Below are positions 42,245 through 55,859 of a stretch of DNA of 64,000 bases, one piece after another (within the stretch, counting starts at the first letter, position 1; each line of letters opens with the position of its first letter). A model generated the notes under the pieces. It did not search any database. It was not told the origin of the DNA and worked only from the letters and a program-made list of their open reading frames with translations. This stretch comes from Lama glama (taxonomy: Eukaryota). The position numbers and the translations under genes were made by a program. The stretch covers positions 23,996,001 to 24,060,000 of the forward strand of contig CM052832.1 in assembly GCA_028534125.1 (NCBI GenBank). Reading direction: 5' to 3'.

Positions 42245-42970
42245 ATTGGCCAGGAAGCACATAAAAAGATGTTCAGTATCATTTTTCACTAGAGAGATGC
42301 AAACCAAAACCACAATGAGATTCACTTCACACCCCCTAGGAGGACCATCATGAAAAAGACTCGTAATAAGAAGTGCCGTCAAGGACGTGGAGAACTTGGA
42401 ACTCTCATACGATACCATGGGAACATACAATGGTGCAGCCACTTTGGAAAACGGTTTGAGAGTTCCTCAAAAATTTCCCCTTGACATAGAGTCACCACAT
42501 GACTCAGAAATTTTGCTCCTAGGCATATGTCCAAGCAAAATGAAAAATGTATGTTCATACAAAAACTTGCATACAAATGCTCATCATTATTATTCATAAT
42601 ATGTAAAAAGTGGAAACAAGCCAAATGTCCAGCAATTGACGACTAGATGAATTAAATGTGGCCTATCCACACAAAGGAATATTATCTGGCAATAAAAAGA
42701 GATGGAGTACCGATACACACTACAGTACAGATGACAGCTGATAGCACCATGCTAAGTAAAAGCCAGTCACAAAGATTCATTCCATTTGTATCACATGTTT
42801 GGAAGAGGCAGATTAATAGAAACAGAAGGTAGATTTAGTGATTGCTTGGGAAATGTGTGTTGCCTACCAATGGAGAGTGGCTTCTTTGAGGGGGGGACAA
42901 AAGTGTACCCAAATTAGATTGTAGCGATGGGTAAATTGTATATGTGAATTACATTTCAATAAAACTGGTT
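42245..42970 (+). mobile_element. Old L1 ORF2 end and 3' UTR
   Basis: gagatgcaaaccaaaaccacaatgagatt; tggtgcagccactttggaaaac. Confidence 0.8.
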
Positions 42971-44035
42971 AAGACATAAAAATCTATATTAAATGATATT
43001 ATATTTCTATAACCTGTTTTTTCTATTAACAATACATCAGAGACATTTACCTATGTCAATAAATACAGGTCTACCTCATTCTGTTTAATGGTGAGAGTGG
43101 TTGTTCATTAGATGATTGCATGGTAGGCCAACTATACCACAATTTATTTAACCAGTTCCTACAGAAGGACATCTAGGTTGCTCCGAAGTTTTCAATACAA
43201 TAAACAGTATTGGCATAATGTCTGTGCTGTAAATTATGACTCTAGGAACTAAACGGAAAATATTCCCTTTAGGAAAACTGAATACAAAAGTGGGACATTA
43301 GCATGAAACTCTTGGTACTTTCACAATAAAAGTCATACCAATTAAAAAGATCTAAGCACCTCTGACCACCTTCTGGAAGCACATCGAAGTGCTCTGCAGT
43401 CCCTCAGAGGCAGAGTAGAAATCGCCTTAACTAGGCCGTGGTGGCCCCATCACCCTCCGGCTCCCATAATTCAATTAGCAACTCTCACATGTTCAGGGAG
43501 ACTCACATTCCTTATCACCATGTTTACAGCACATGATTGCTCCGGCTAAACCAACATCAGTCCATTGTACTGAGGGTTAATTAGTTCTGTAGCTCGGAAC
43601 CTCACAGGAAAATATGAAAACCCAACCAATTGAACAGACAAACAAGTTAGCAAACAAAAGTGCAATGGATCTGAAATGTAAGTCAGCACAAGAAGAGAGC
43701 CTTGGAACGACAACATGCTTTATGTATGCAGTTATTACACATGTGCTTTATACATGCTTTATGTATGCAGTTTATATGTAATAAAAGGAGGCCCTGTATG
43801 ATATAATATGATTGTTATTATATGACAACATAGCATGTAATATATGTAATGGCTCTTTTCCTGGGTCAGCTTACTACTGGGGGGCTGCATGGCAGTAGCT
43901 GTGTCTATGGAGAAAGAGATGGAGAAAGAAAGAGAAAAGCAAGTACTTGCTCTCACATTTTCCCCTGGTGCTGATTCATATTTCAGATTAGTTGAGGTTT
44001 TGTTTGTTTTCTCGTTTGTTCAGTTCATATATTTG

Positions 44036-44036
<1 letters not shown>

Positions 44037-44073
<37 letters not shown>
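44037..44073. repeat. (CT)n(AT)n compound microsatellite
   Basis: Directly visible in the sequence. Confidence 0.9.
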
Positions 44074-44965
44074 CTTTCATATAACAAAGCAGCTCCTTTG
44101 TTAAATGAGATAGAAATATGTATATTTCAGATGCTTATCTTTTAGGGGTTCACAGTTCACACTTTACTGAAGGTAAAGATTATGTTGGCACTCTTGCCCC
44201 CCTTTCTAAGTGAACTGTTAAAAACCAGTATCTGCAGTGATGGTAAGACAGATATTTTCACAAGTGCATTTTGTTTTGCAGATCTGTCATTTTTTGAACC
44301 CAGCAGAGCATTGAGTTACACGCAGGGATTAATTTTGCCATTTAAGATTTCCCCGTGGAGATCCTGAGACATGGAACTGATTTAATGAGAACAACAAAAA
44401 CAAACAAACAAACAAATGCTCACATTGGGACTGAGAGCAAATCTGAAGGTTTTCAGTCTAAAAGGTGGCTTTCACAAAGATATTCTGATAACTACAAGTC
44501 AGAATAAATTTAAATGTCCCAGTTCTGAACAATCTCCCAATTGTTTCATCAAAACAACTAAACCAGGCTTGAGCAAGAATCTTTCCCATCTGTGCTTATT
44601 TAGACAGTCTGCCTTCAAGCTCTGCCAGTGACCAAAACTCAGACTGTAGCCGATGAAACACACTCTTCCAGCATAAAAGAACGTATACCAGCCTTCAGTC
44701 TCTGGAGCAGAAATGTAAGGTTTTTCTCTTCTGCAAACTAATAATGTCTTTCAAATATCTTATCAATGTGCAACACATTCTGGAAAATTTAACACCCAAT
44801 TTCATAATCTAGACTTGAGAATAGACATAGTTCAAAGACGAGAGATATTTACAAGTTAATTAGATCTATGCCCCTCGGGGGTACAGCATAAACAGTTTTT
44901 TTGGTCTATCTATGCATGCAGAGTTTATATTTTCACACCAATAAGAAGTCTAACTGTGATGGTAC

Positions 44966-45465
44966 NNNNNNNNNNNNNNNNNNNNNNNNNNNNNNNNNNN
45001 NNNNNNNNNNNNNNNNNNNNNNNNNNNNNNNNNNNNNNNNNNNNNNNNNNNNNNNNNNNNNNNNNNNNNNNNNNNNNNNNNNNNNNNNNNNNNNNNNNNN
45101 NNNNNNNNNNNNNNNNNNNNNNNNNNNNNNNNNNNNNNNNNNNNNNNNNNNNNNNNNNNNNNNNNNNNNNNNNNNNNNNNNNNNNNNNNNNNNNNNNNNN
45201 NNNNNNNNNNNNNNNNNNNNNNNNNNNNNNNNNNNNNNNNNNNNNNNNNNNNNNNNNNNNNNNNNNNNNNNNNNNNNNNNNNNNNNNNNNNNNNNNNNNN
45301 NNNNNNNNNNNNNNNNNNNNNNNNNNNNNNNNNNNNNNNNNNNNNNNNNNNNNNNNNNNNNNNNNNNNNNNNNNNNNNNNNNNNNNNNNNNNNNNNNNNN
45401 NNNNNNNNNNNNNNNNNNNNNNNNNNNNNNNNNNNNNNNNNNNNNNNNNNNNNNNNNNNNNNNNN
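44966..45465. other. Assembly gap (500 N), may contain the STMND1 first exon
   Basis: Run of N upstream (minus sense) of the first visible STMND1 exon. Confidence 0.99.
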
Positions 45466-46508
45466 CATAAACAGCTCAGATGCCGCGAAATGGGTGATGC
45501 AAAACATTTTTATGGAAGATGCGTTTTGCGATGTTACCTTGTAAGGGAAGAGGGTGGAGGGGTGTGTGTATTTCTCTCAGAGAACTAAAACGGTGTCATC
45601 CATCATTAAAGACAGACCAGGCGGACTGCCCAAATGTGCAACAAGTTGTTCTTTCTTCGATTTTTCTCTTTTTATCTGATTTTCAATTAATTCTTATTTT
45701 CCAGAATAATATATTTTTTAAAAGAGCTGAAAGGGACTTAGACGTCATCTCTCAGTCCCTTGTTTTACAGGCTGCACACTTAGGCTCAGAGAGGTTGAGC
45801 GATTAGATGGGAGGTGTGTGTGTGGGGGGGTGCGGGACCAGCCAATGAGGGATCTGGGATAACGAACCAGGTGGCCTGACTCAGTTCCACACATCCAAAA
45901 CACCAGGAAAATACTAGTAAGGATTCTCGGAAATGTAGTAAAAGTGCTGGCTCCTGCTAAGAAAATTAATGGTCAGCTCTGTTATAGGAAGCTGATTATT
46001 TTGCTTTATAGCATTTAACCTCGTTTCATTCTCCTTTCTGTTGTCATGATGCTATCCGTCAATTTTCCTTTGACTAAAACTGAAGACGACGGAAGATAGG
46101 ATGAAACTCAAGTCAAAGTATTATGATTATTGAGCAACAAGCAATAAAAATTTGTGAATGAAGAGCTGAAACAAGGCTAAAATGGTGTTTTGGGGCACAT
46201 CTCTGAACGTATGAATTCATGGGTGTAGTAAGTCACATGAAATGTTCCAACTGGAAACTGGAAAATTCTCAACTAGGAGAACTCAACACAGAGAATGCCT
46301 ATAAAATGTTCCTGAGAATGTCTAGTGAAAGTTTGTAGGATGAACCCTAAGAGTAAAATACTGCCGACCATTTTTCCCCCTAAGGCAGCTGGTGTACAGA
46401 GGTTTGCTAGGACATCAGTGTGAATGAACAATACCCAGATGTGCTATGCAGGTATCTTTTGAAGCATCCTATGATTTTCAGGGCAAAGTTGTGAAAGCAC
46501 TCTTTTTT

Positions 46509-46900
46509 CAGGGGTGGGCTGAAACCTGCTCATACCATCTCATGAGAGCCAGTTCTCAGGAATATTTGGACCTAGTTGTTCAACACAACCATTATTAGAA
46601 ATTAAACTATATAAACTCACAATTAACTTAGTTATATTAAAAGCAAAGGTAATAAACACAACTTATTAGTTCCTAATTATTGTACTACAACTTACTGTTA
46701 TTATGTTTTGAGTTTATTTACATCTATTGTATCTGTATGGTGTGCTCCCCTGTGTCTCTCCCCAACTCCACCTTCAGTGACATCACATTGATAGTTGGAA
46801 ATCAGCCAAGATAGGAATATGCACCCCACGAAATCTGATAAATGCTACAAATCAGGGCTTTCTCCTCACCCCCACCCCCAGCCCCAGAGAACGCACCAGT
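46509..46900. mobile_element. hAT element, MER63-like
   Basis: caggggtgggctgaaacctgctcataccatctcatgagagcc...aaatgctacaaatcagggc. Confidence 0.6.
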
Positions 46901-48227
46901 ATCCTATCTTTTCCCTCGTATTCCAGAATGCTAAAGAATGGCACTGCCCTGTTCACTCTCCTCTGATCTCTCCCTGAAGTGAAGTGGCCTCTGTCACACC
47001 TAGCCCGAGCCACAGGATGTGTGCTTGTAAGCTTCCTTTCACTGGAGCTGGGGCGCTACACTGAGGCTCTAAGTTCTGCGCCCTTAACTCTCCTGCTCTG
47101 GTCCTGGATAACCCGTTTCCACCTTGAAGACTGCTAGAGCGAAAAATCCTTTCATTCTCACGAGAGTAGGGCCATCACTTGCTCACTTGAAAGTCTGACT
47201 TTTCTCTTCAGTTCTGAATAATCTCCAGAAGGTCAACTCTCTGCTTCTCTCCAGAATCTATCTCATCCCGAGGTTTGTCTTGAGCTTTTTCCTCTGGAGC
47301 AATGAGGCCATTCAAGGACTGGTGCCCCTCAGACTTCACAGAGATCTTGTTAAAATGCAGATTATGATTCAACAGATTTGGGGTGGGGCCCCAAATCCCA
47401 CATTTCTGAAAAGCTCCCAGAGGTTCTGTCACTGTTGGAAGGGTCTAGAATGTCACTGGAAGGGTCTAGAATGCATCAGAATATCAAATCATTACTTCCA
47501 AAAAAGAGACAGGAGAAAGGAAAATGGAAGGAAGGAGAAAGACTCGAGGAGGAAAGTGACAGAGAAGAATAAAATGAAGTCCATTAGACAATCAAGCAGA
47601 GAGGAAAAGAAACACTGGCTTCGTTTTATCAAGGTACTCTCGATCTACAAAGCACCTTTACTACGCAAAGTTAGAGCTAGGAGCCCAAATGCCGCGCCAG
47701 CTTCTTATCCTGGTAGAGAAGGGATCTTTGTGAGTTAGCAGGTCAGAGTGAAGAAGGAAAGAAAATCCTTACTAGCCATCACCCAATCTTTGGAGTTAGT
47801 TTTTCTTCTTCTGTCTATTCTGAGAAAAAGCTGATCCTCCAGGGATGGCAGGAAAACCCGAGAGCAGAGGCATCTCCCCCCTGCACTGGGAACATCAGTG
47901 TATCAGGGCAGGGAGTCCGTACCGCGCTGCCCAGGGGTTTCAGATTTCACATGCAAAACTCTCCAATTTCAGTTCAGACTCCAGGCTTTTCTAAGAGGTG
48001 GGACATCAGAGAAATCAGTTCTGATCCCACCACAAAATCCAGAGTTTACCAGCATTCCTCCTCTGGGTACAAAAATTATGTGCTGATCTGCAGTCTCAAA
48101 TGTGTCCCAACTGACACGCTATTACAGTAACAGCTGACATTTTTGAGTGCTTGCTGAGGATTAGATAAATGAAGGAAGCTGATGGCTATGTTGGTATTTG
48201 TATTCTATCAGCCAATTGGCTTAAAGC

Positions 48228-48562
48228 AAGGATAGGAAAACCATGGCTCACTGGCCAAACCCAGGCCACTGCCTGTCTTTATCTGACACATGAACTAAGA
48301 ATGGATTTTAAATGGTTGAAAAACATAGGAAAAAAAAAAGAACATTAATTAGTGACTCATGAAAATTACATGGCATCCAAGTTTCAGTGTCCATAATAAA
48401 TAAAGTTTTATTGGAACGCAGACACTCCCCTTGGTTCACTCATTATCTCTGGTTGTTTCTGTGCTGCAATGGCAGAGTTGAGTGGCTGTGACAGAGACCA
48501 TATGGCCTACAAAGCTGAAAATATTATTATCTGGCCTTTTCCAGAAAATGTTTGCTGCTCTC
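48228..48562. mobile_element. hAT MITE, MER58-like
   Basis: aataaagttttattggaacgcagacac...gacagagaccatatggcctacaaagctgaaaatatt...ctggcctttt. Confidence 0.78.
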
Positions 48563-50339
48563 AGATTTAAAATGATAAAGTAATTCCCACAAGGGTATGA
48601 AATAATTCTGTGGAACCTAAACGGCCTGGAAGAGTTTGTACAGCTTCCAGAAGGGCAAAAAACTCCCAGGAAATAATGACAACCCATAACTAACAACCCC
48701 CAGGTCCCAGGCCCGCAAAACATTTTGTCAAGCGGCTTCGTTCAGCTGCTAAAACCCTCCCTTTTTAGATAGAGTGCCCTGTTCAATAGGATGGCTCTGG
48801 GGTCGGGAATAAAACTTCCCTGTGCTCTCTGCTGTTTTGCATCCTGAGACGCAGCTTCTGCAAGAAGAAAATAGAGCACCAGATTGTAAGAAATGGGGTG
48901 GTATTTCGAGTGTCATCCTGAGTTTAAAGAACTGCTTTAAAAACCCCATAGCGTCCTGGTTCTCCATGTCCCTTTGTCAGACACTTCAACCCAAACATTG
49001 TATTTCTGGAAAACAGTCCTCCCCTTCACGCACACACCGTGTGGCTCAGATGTGAGCAGCCTCTGAAGTTTCTATCTCAGGAATCCGCTGGGGGCAGGTT
49101 GCCTGAGTAACAGGACCAAGCACATTTAGAAAACTCACAAATCTGTCTGGGAACGGTTGTGTGATAAAGAAAACTACTATTCGTCAAGGAAAGTTGTACC
49201 CGAATAATATTTAAAAAAAATACACGACACCACATTTGCATCATCGAGATTTTTGCAAATTCACGTGCGAAAGCTTGCAATGGCACCAGTGATGAATTAA
49301 TGGCGGGGCCGTAAAACTGCAGCGCGCCAGTATATTTCAGGCCTTCCTCTTGGGAACTTGATATGACAGTTCTCGCAGAGAACACTCAGAAATAAATAAA
49401 TAAGTCCTCAAACAGGGGAGCAATTGTTTGCCAAACTTTGGCACGAAGCCACCAATCTTGATGTTGGCTCCTGCAACCCAAACTGGGTAAATACAGACAG
49501 AAAACGCCAGTCTCAGAGGAAGAGCTCAGAGACGGGCAGCTTCGCAGGAAATGGAGCCGTAATAATCCCCCAGCAACATAAGCCTTCTATTTACATCTAT
49601 GCTTCGGAACCAGTTCTGAACCGCAGGTAGGTGTTAAGGTGGGTCTGATCTTGAGCCGAGAGCTTCGCAAGGATGTGTAAACGGAACACCAGTCCTGGCT
49701 GAATGGCAGTTGGAAAGGCAAGCTTGCTTTTTAGAAAGCTGCAACAGCTCTTAAGGTTACACATGGCAATTTTCACACACCGATGTTCTCACAATTAAAG
49801 AAAAGTAATATTGCAGTGATTCTCACTGCTTCCAATTTTGGCAGTACGTGGGCACGAAGCACTGAGACTTTTCGAATGAGTGGTGTGATTTTTTTTCCGG
49901 GCTGGCCTTGAACATATTGTTTGACGCTCCAGGGGAGTTCAACGGCTTGCAGAACTGAAAGACGAGGCGAAGAACAAAGCTCTCTAACAGACTTGAATGT
50001 TTGCTCCACTGGAATGTGGTGGAAAGAATGCTGGGCCAGCTGGCTTGAGAGTGGACTGGCCTCCAGAAGTTACTTAACCTCTGCAGGCCAGCTCCTTGCT
50101 CTCCTAATAAAAGGACTCGACTAGGAGATGCTGAATATTTTAAGCCCCTGGAGCATCCAAAGTGAGGTAATGTAGCGTCTATTTCAAAATAACCTGTGGC
50201 CTGTCATAAATGCAAATTCCCAGTGACCTGAACAAATGTACTGGATCAAAATCTCCGAGGTTGGTGCCCCAGAATCTGCATTTTTAAGAAGCATCTGGAG
50301 TTATTCATATGCATAGGAATGCATGTCGCATTGCAGAGA

Positions 50340-50530
50340 GCACAGGGGAGAAGAATCTGGGCTTCGGAGAAGACTGATCTGGTTTCCCCTTTGACCTGGG
50401 GAAATGATTTCTCCTTCCTAAGTCTCAGTGTACTCATCTTTAAAATGGGAGATAGCAATAATACCTACCTCCTAGGGTTACTGGGAGGATTAAAAAGAAA
50501 AAAATAAATACATAGGCATGGCAAATGCTT
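50340..50530 (+). mobile_element. MIR
   Basis: ctaagtctcagtgtactcatctttaaaatgggagatagcaataatacctacctcctaggg. Confidence 0.75.
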
Positions 50531-51441
50531 CACTCACCCACAGTGATTATACAATTCATGGCACTTAAGATGATTAAGACTATATTTTGACATTTAGAGT
50601 TCACCTATTTTTGTTCATTAAGGAGATAAAATTCTAAATTCTGAGAGGCCATAACTTTATCAAATGAACATCACTGCAAATGAAAAAAACAATTGTTGCT
50701 GGATAAGCTGGCTTTTGAAGGAGATTAGCTTTTTTGTTTGGTTTGGTTTGGTTTTAACCACAAACTTGATTATATCTCAGTTTTGGACCCACAAGGACAG
50801 TTCAGCTGCCCTCTAGCCTGATGCATCAAGTCCCAAAGTGCTAGGAAGATCAAAAAAAAAAAAAGAGTGCACGTATATCTTGTCATTTACCACCAACCGA
50901 ACACAAGCATTGCCCTCTTCACAGAGGAGGTTGCCAATTTTCTTTCTTCTGGAGAAGCCCCCTTCTGAGCGGGTGGGGTTCACGCAAGCCCCATGATTCC
51001 CTGCTTTGCCCTCCTTCCCTCGGTCTTGTCTTTGATCAGACGCTACAATTACAGCAGCTCCAGCCAGCTGCCTGCTCTCCCTTCCTGAACAAGCTGCAGT
51101 GAGGGACTGATAGTCAAAATTACATGGAGGGAAATTACAGCTCTTCTCCCCTAGAAAGTCTGTTGAGTCTCTCCAGGAGAATAATCGCAGCGAAGCTGCT
51201 ACCGATTTCTCTCTCTGTGAAGACTGAAACTCAGGTACCAATATTGCTGTTGGGGGTTAGGGATGGGGGAAGGAGAGAGAGAGAGGGAGAGAGGGAAAGA
51301 GGGAGAGAGAGACTGTTTATTAAGGGGAGAGGTTAGGACAACTTTCCCAAACAAAGAAGTGTGTGAGTATTGAGAAAGATCTTGACTGGCTTCCACTGGG
51401 GAAGAGGAACTTGATTCCTCTGCTCCTGAAGGTGCTTCATC

Positions 51442-51460
51442 CACACACCAGGGGGCGCCA
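51442..51460 (+). promoter_or_regulatory. CTCF core motif
   Basis: CACACACCAGGGGGCGCCA. Confidence 0.68.
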
Positions 51461-52224
51461 GTGCCATTGCTTGCAGAAATGGCTCCTTTCCATTGAATTT
51501 TCCAAACACCGACTGGACACCTACTAAGTATCAGGTGCTCTGCTGAGCCCACAGTGGGCCTATGATAACACCTGCTTCAGCCATACCTTTCAGCCAAGGG
51601 TTGGCGGGTGGAATTCTTTTAGGGACAACCCTTAAAAGAGTAGAGGGGTCAGGGAGATGCTGTGGACCTAAAATGAAAAAAATGTCATTCATTCTTAAAA
51701 AAAAATGGCCTGTGTTTAAAATGCCAGCTCGAGTTGTAACGCTAAACTCCAGCTCAGTTTTGTAAGCGGTCCTGAGTGGCAGCTGATGGTTAATTTGTGT
51801 ATGTGTTTAGGTACCTGCCACCTCACTTTCTGGTGCTAATATTAAGCAACTGTGTGGGTTTAAAAAGGCTGTGCTGTTCCACTCTCCGTGGAGGTTACAT
51901 TGGCCAGGTACGGGATGATTTGCAGGATCCATGATTGAGGCTGTGTCCTTCCAGAAGCTCCTCTTGCTCATTCTTTCTCGGGGAAGTGTCCCAGACCTAA
52001 CTTGCCTCAGTTTTTCTCATGAATCCTTCATCACCTTCCTAGACTGCTACTCAGGCATCCTAGGTGATCCCATTCGTACGGGCTCCTGTGGCATCTCCAG
52101 TTGTCTGATGTATTGAATGTTAGTTTATAGCCAAACATTATTTGTTACTTTCACCTAACCAAGCCAATTTTCTTATCATCCACACACATTTATATAACCT
52201 GCCATGTGTTCAATGTGTTTGCTT

Positions 52225-52700
52225 ACTTATTCATTCAAGAAATATTTATTGAGCTCCTACTATGCACAAGGCACTGTCCCAGGTGCAGAGGGTACAGGAG
52301 AAATCAAAACAAAGTCCCTGCCTTCATGTAGCTTATAGTCTGGAGGGGCAACGGAATAAACAAAAGAGTAGACATATACCCTGGGAGGTGGTAGAAGGTG
52401 CTGTGCAGGAAAATAAAGCTCAGAAGAGGACAGAAGTAACTGAAGGGCTCGTGTAATTTTAGATTAGGGGGTCAGGAGAGGTGGAGGGGAAATGACCCCT
52501 GTGGATGGAGGGATGTGGGGTGGTCTAAGCAGAGAGAATGGTCAGTAAGATTGCCTTGCAGAAGAGCTTGCTCAGAATATGCAAGGGAGAGCCTGGAGTC
52601 CAGTGTGGCTGCCCAGGAGTTAGAGGAGAATATAGGGATCAGGTCAGAGAGGCAGCTAATGTCAGCATCATTGCTCGTAGGACCTGGTGAAACCACAGGA
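52225..52700 (-). mobile_element. LINE-2 3' fragment
   Basis: tcattcaagaaatatttattgagctcctactatgcacaaggcactgt. Confidence 0.78.
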
Positions 52701-53689
52701 GAAGGAGTACCAACTAGTTCTTGTTCTCGGGGAGGTCGTGCACACATTGTAAAAGGTGCCTGAGAGTCAGAAGGGGGCTCATTTATCAACCTATGGGCCC
52801 AGGATATGGTTACAGCCAATGGTCCTCAGTCTGCCTCGCCTGCATGAATCCTCCTGTTTCTTCCTCCCTTAGCAGAGTTTCTCTAGCACTCAGCAGAGGA
52901 GCATACTATATTTCATGACAAAATCCCCCATGTTTTCTCCAAACGTATTTTATTTTATAAGCGGGAGGTGTTAGTATCGATGGGGAACCCGAGATGGTAC
53001 CCAGACAGTGATGTGCTCCAGAAGCACGGCAGCAGGTAACAGTCTCCTCCCCTGACAGGGTTTATCACTAACAGCTCCATCCATGTCTTTCAGGGCAGTA
53101 TCCGGAAAACTGAAACAAGTAATTGAAGCACTGTCCACAGTGGGCAAGCCTTTAACTTTCCTGCTGAGTTTATTCTTATTCCTCTTCCAGAGTTAATCCC
53201 AGCAGACTATTAATTAGACTGATTATTTACCAGCTAAGTGCTGAAACGGCAACAGTGATAGATCTTGACAGTGATATCAGCAGTGATGCTCACCTAGCAG
53301 GGAGAATCTTGGTTTCAAAGGACACTGCACAATGCAGTAAAATTGTACTTTTGTTCAGAGCAGGTGTGATGTCCCTTCAAACTGCTGGAGAGAAATAGTC
53401 AGCTTGTTATCCTTTTAAACATTTAGCTTGGGTGGAATTAAATTTAGCAACCATTTAAAAATTCTATATTTCCCATTCTGTTAGGGAAAAAAAGCAAAGA
53501 ATTCTTCAAAGTTGCCACAAGAGGAAAAAGGAGGCATCTCCCTGTCCTCTTCCCTCAGTCTGTAATATATTTCAAAAAACAGAAAAATTATCTCAATGGC
53601 ATGATTATTATATGTCCTGACAGCTCCAAGAAATTTAGTAAAATGATGTCCCCAACCTTTTTCCCTTTTCCCTGATGTAACATGATGCA

Positions 53690-55850
53690 GCTAGACTTTC
53701 AGTTGAGATCGAGTAATAAGGACCAGAGTCACTCTCCCACTAGAAACAATTAAAAACAAAATATGTGAAACAGTGGCTTTTAAGACAGTGGGTATCAGGC
53801 AGTGGAGGACAGTGGTCCCTGAGAGACGGAGACCAAACAGAGGGAGTCTACAATTACCTTTAGCTAAGTGCCTGGAGAAAGATTCCAGATGGTGGTGTGG
53901 GGAAGGAGAACCCCAAGAGGGAGTGCAGTCCTCGAACTGAGAAGATGCTGAGAGTTCAGGGAGAGAAAAGGTGGCTAGAGTTTGTGGGGCAAAGTACCTG
54001 AGCAGAGACAGACAGAACTCTGGACTCTGCACAGGGTCCCCTTGAGTACTCAGTAGGGTTCTAATCCGCACAGGCATACGGGAAAGCTGCCCAAGGCTGG
54101 GAAAGAACTGCCCAAATGGATCAGAGGGAATGGTGCTCAGAGTGCTCACAGTGCCTGTTCTCACCAGTCAGACTAGAAAACCTCAGGAGGCATGGGTCAG
54201 AGTACTCAGAAGGTCCTTAGTGCTAGGGAAAAATTAGCCCTTCACTAAGCATCACTATGGTCGCCCCTATCAAAGCAATGTCTGAAACTGTGTCCAAGTA
54301 ATGGAATTGCATCCCAGAGTTCAGGAATATTTACAGAAACGTAAAACTATCCAGGACCCAACAAGGTAAAATCGATCATGTCAGACATCTAATAAAAAAT
54401 GGACCAGACATACAAAGAAACAGGAAAATATGATCCACATTTAGGAGAAAAATAAGCCAATCAAAACAGACCCAAAACTAACACAGATGCTGGAATTAGC
54501 AGACAAAGGCATTACAACTTATTATTACTCTAGTCTGTATGTTCAGAGCTGGAGGAAAGATCGATCATGTTAAGCAGAGACAGGAAAGACCCAAAATGAA
54601 CTTTTACAGGTGAAAAATGCAATGTCAGAGATTTTAAAAAATATACTGAATGGGTTAATGACAGTCTTAATCCACTCAGGATGCTAGAATGAAATACCAT
54701 AGACTGGGTGGCTTATAAATAAGAAGTTTATTTCTCCTAGTTCTGGAGGCAAGAAGTCTGAGATCAAGGTACCAGCATGGTTGGATTCTGAGGAGAGCCC
54801 TCTCCTGGTTGCAGAATTCTCACTGCATTCTCACGTGGTGGAAAGAAGATGCAGAGCTCTCTGCAGTCTCTCTTATAAGGACACTAATCCTATTCATTAG
54901 CTCCATCCTCATGACCCAATCACCTGCCAAGGCTCTAGCTCCTAATGCCATCACACTGGGGGTTAAGATTTCAACATATGAATTTTGGAGGATGACACAA
55001 ACATTTAGCCCATTGCAATGACCAGTTAGCCACTGCAGAAGAAAAAACTAGTGATCTTGAAGACACGGCAATAGAAACTATTCCAAAAGAAACACAGAGA
55101 AAAAAGACTAAAAGCAAAAAATGAACAGAGTATCAGTGAACTGAGGGCCAACCTCACAAATCCTAGAATACCTCTAATTGGAGTTCCCAAAACAGAGGAG
55201 AGAAAAGAGGGTGGTGGGATAGGCAAAATTTTGAAAAAATAATGACCCTAAATTCCAAATTTGATGAAAACTATAAACCCACAGATCCAAGATGCTCAAG
55301 GAATCTGCAGCACAAGAAGATAAAGAAAACGACATCAAAGGACATCATAAGCAGCCAATCAAAACCAGCGATGACGAGACCATCATAATAGCAGGTGAAG
55401 AAACCCTGCTATGTGCAGAGGAACTGCAGAATGTGAAGCATCTTAAAATACCGGAAAAAAGTGGCAACTTATAATTTTATATCCTACGAACTAATCTTTC
55501 AAAAACAAAGGCAAAACAAACTTTTCCAGATGCACCAAAGTTAAAAGGACTTATCACAAGCAGACTCATATTAGAAATGGAAAAGGAAGTCCTACAGGCA
55601 GAAGAATAATGGTACCAGACAGAACTAGGGATGTATATACAAAGGAGTGAGAGCACTGGAAATGGTAACTATATGCATAGAGAGAAAGGAATGTTTCCCA
55701 CCATTTAAATCTCTTTAAAAGACAATTGATTGCTTAAACAAAAATAATAACAGAGCAGGTGAAAGTATGTGAATAACACATATGTAAAAGTACAGTATAT
55801 GACAGCAGTAATAATACAAAGGCCAGGAGGCAAGAACTGGAAATGTACTG
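53690..55850 (+). mobile_element. Old L1 5' region and ORF1 remnant, interrupted by a MaLR LTR
   Basis: acacagatgctggaattagcagacaaag; aaactataaacccacagatccaagatgctcaa (ORF1-like). Confidence 0.72.
54664..55018 (-). mobile_element. MaLR LTR (MLT1A/B-like) nested in L1
   Basis: aaataccatagactgggtggcttataaa...gttctggaggc...catcacactgggggttaagatttcaacatatgaattttgg. L1 ORF1 sequence resumes on both sides. Confidence 0.85.
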
Positions 55851-55859
55851 TAAATATAG

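Noticed and set aside
51199..51552. Minus-strand ORF as a candidate STMND1 first exon
   Set aside because: It opens at a GTG rather than ATG, does not resemble the expected N-terminus and runs through a CT repeat.
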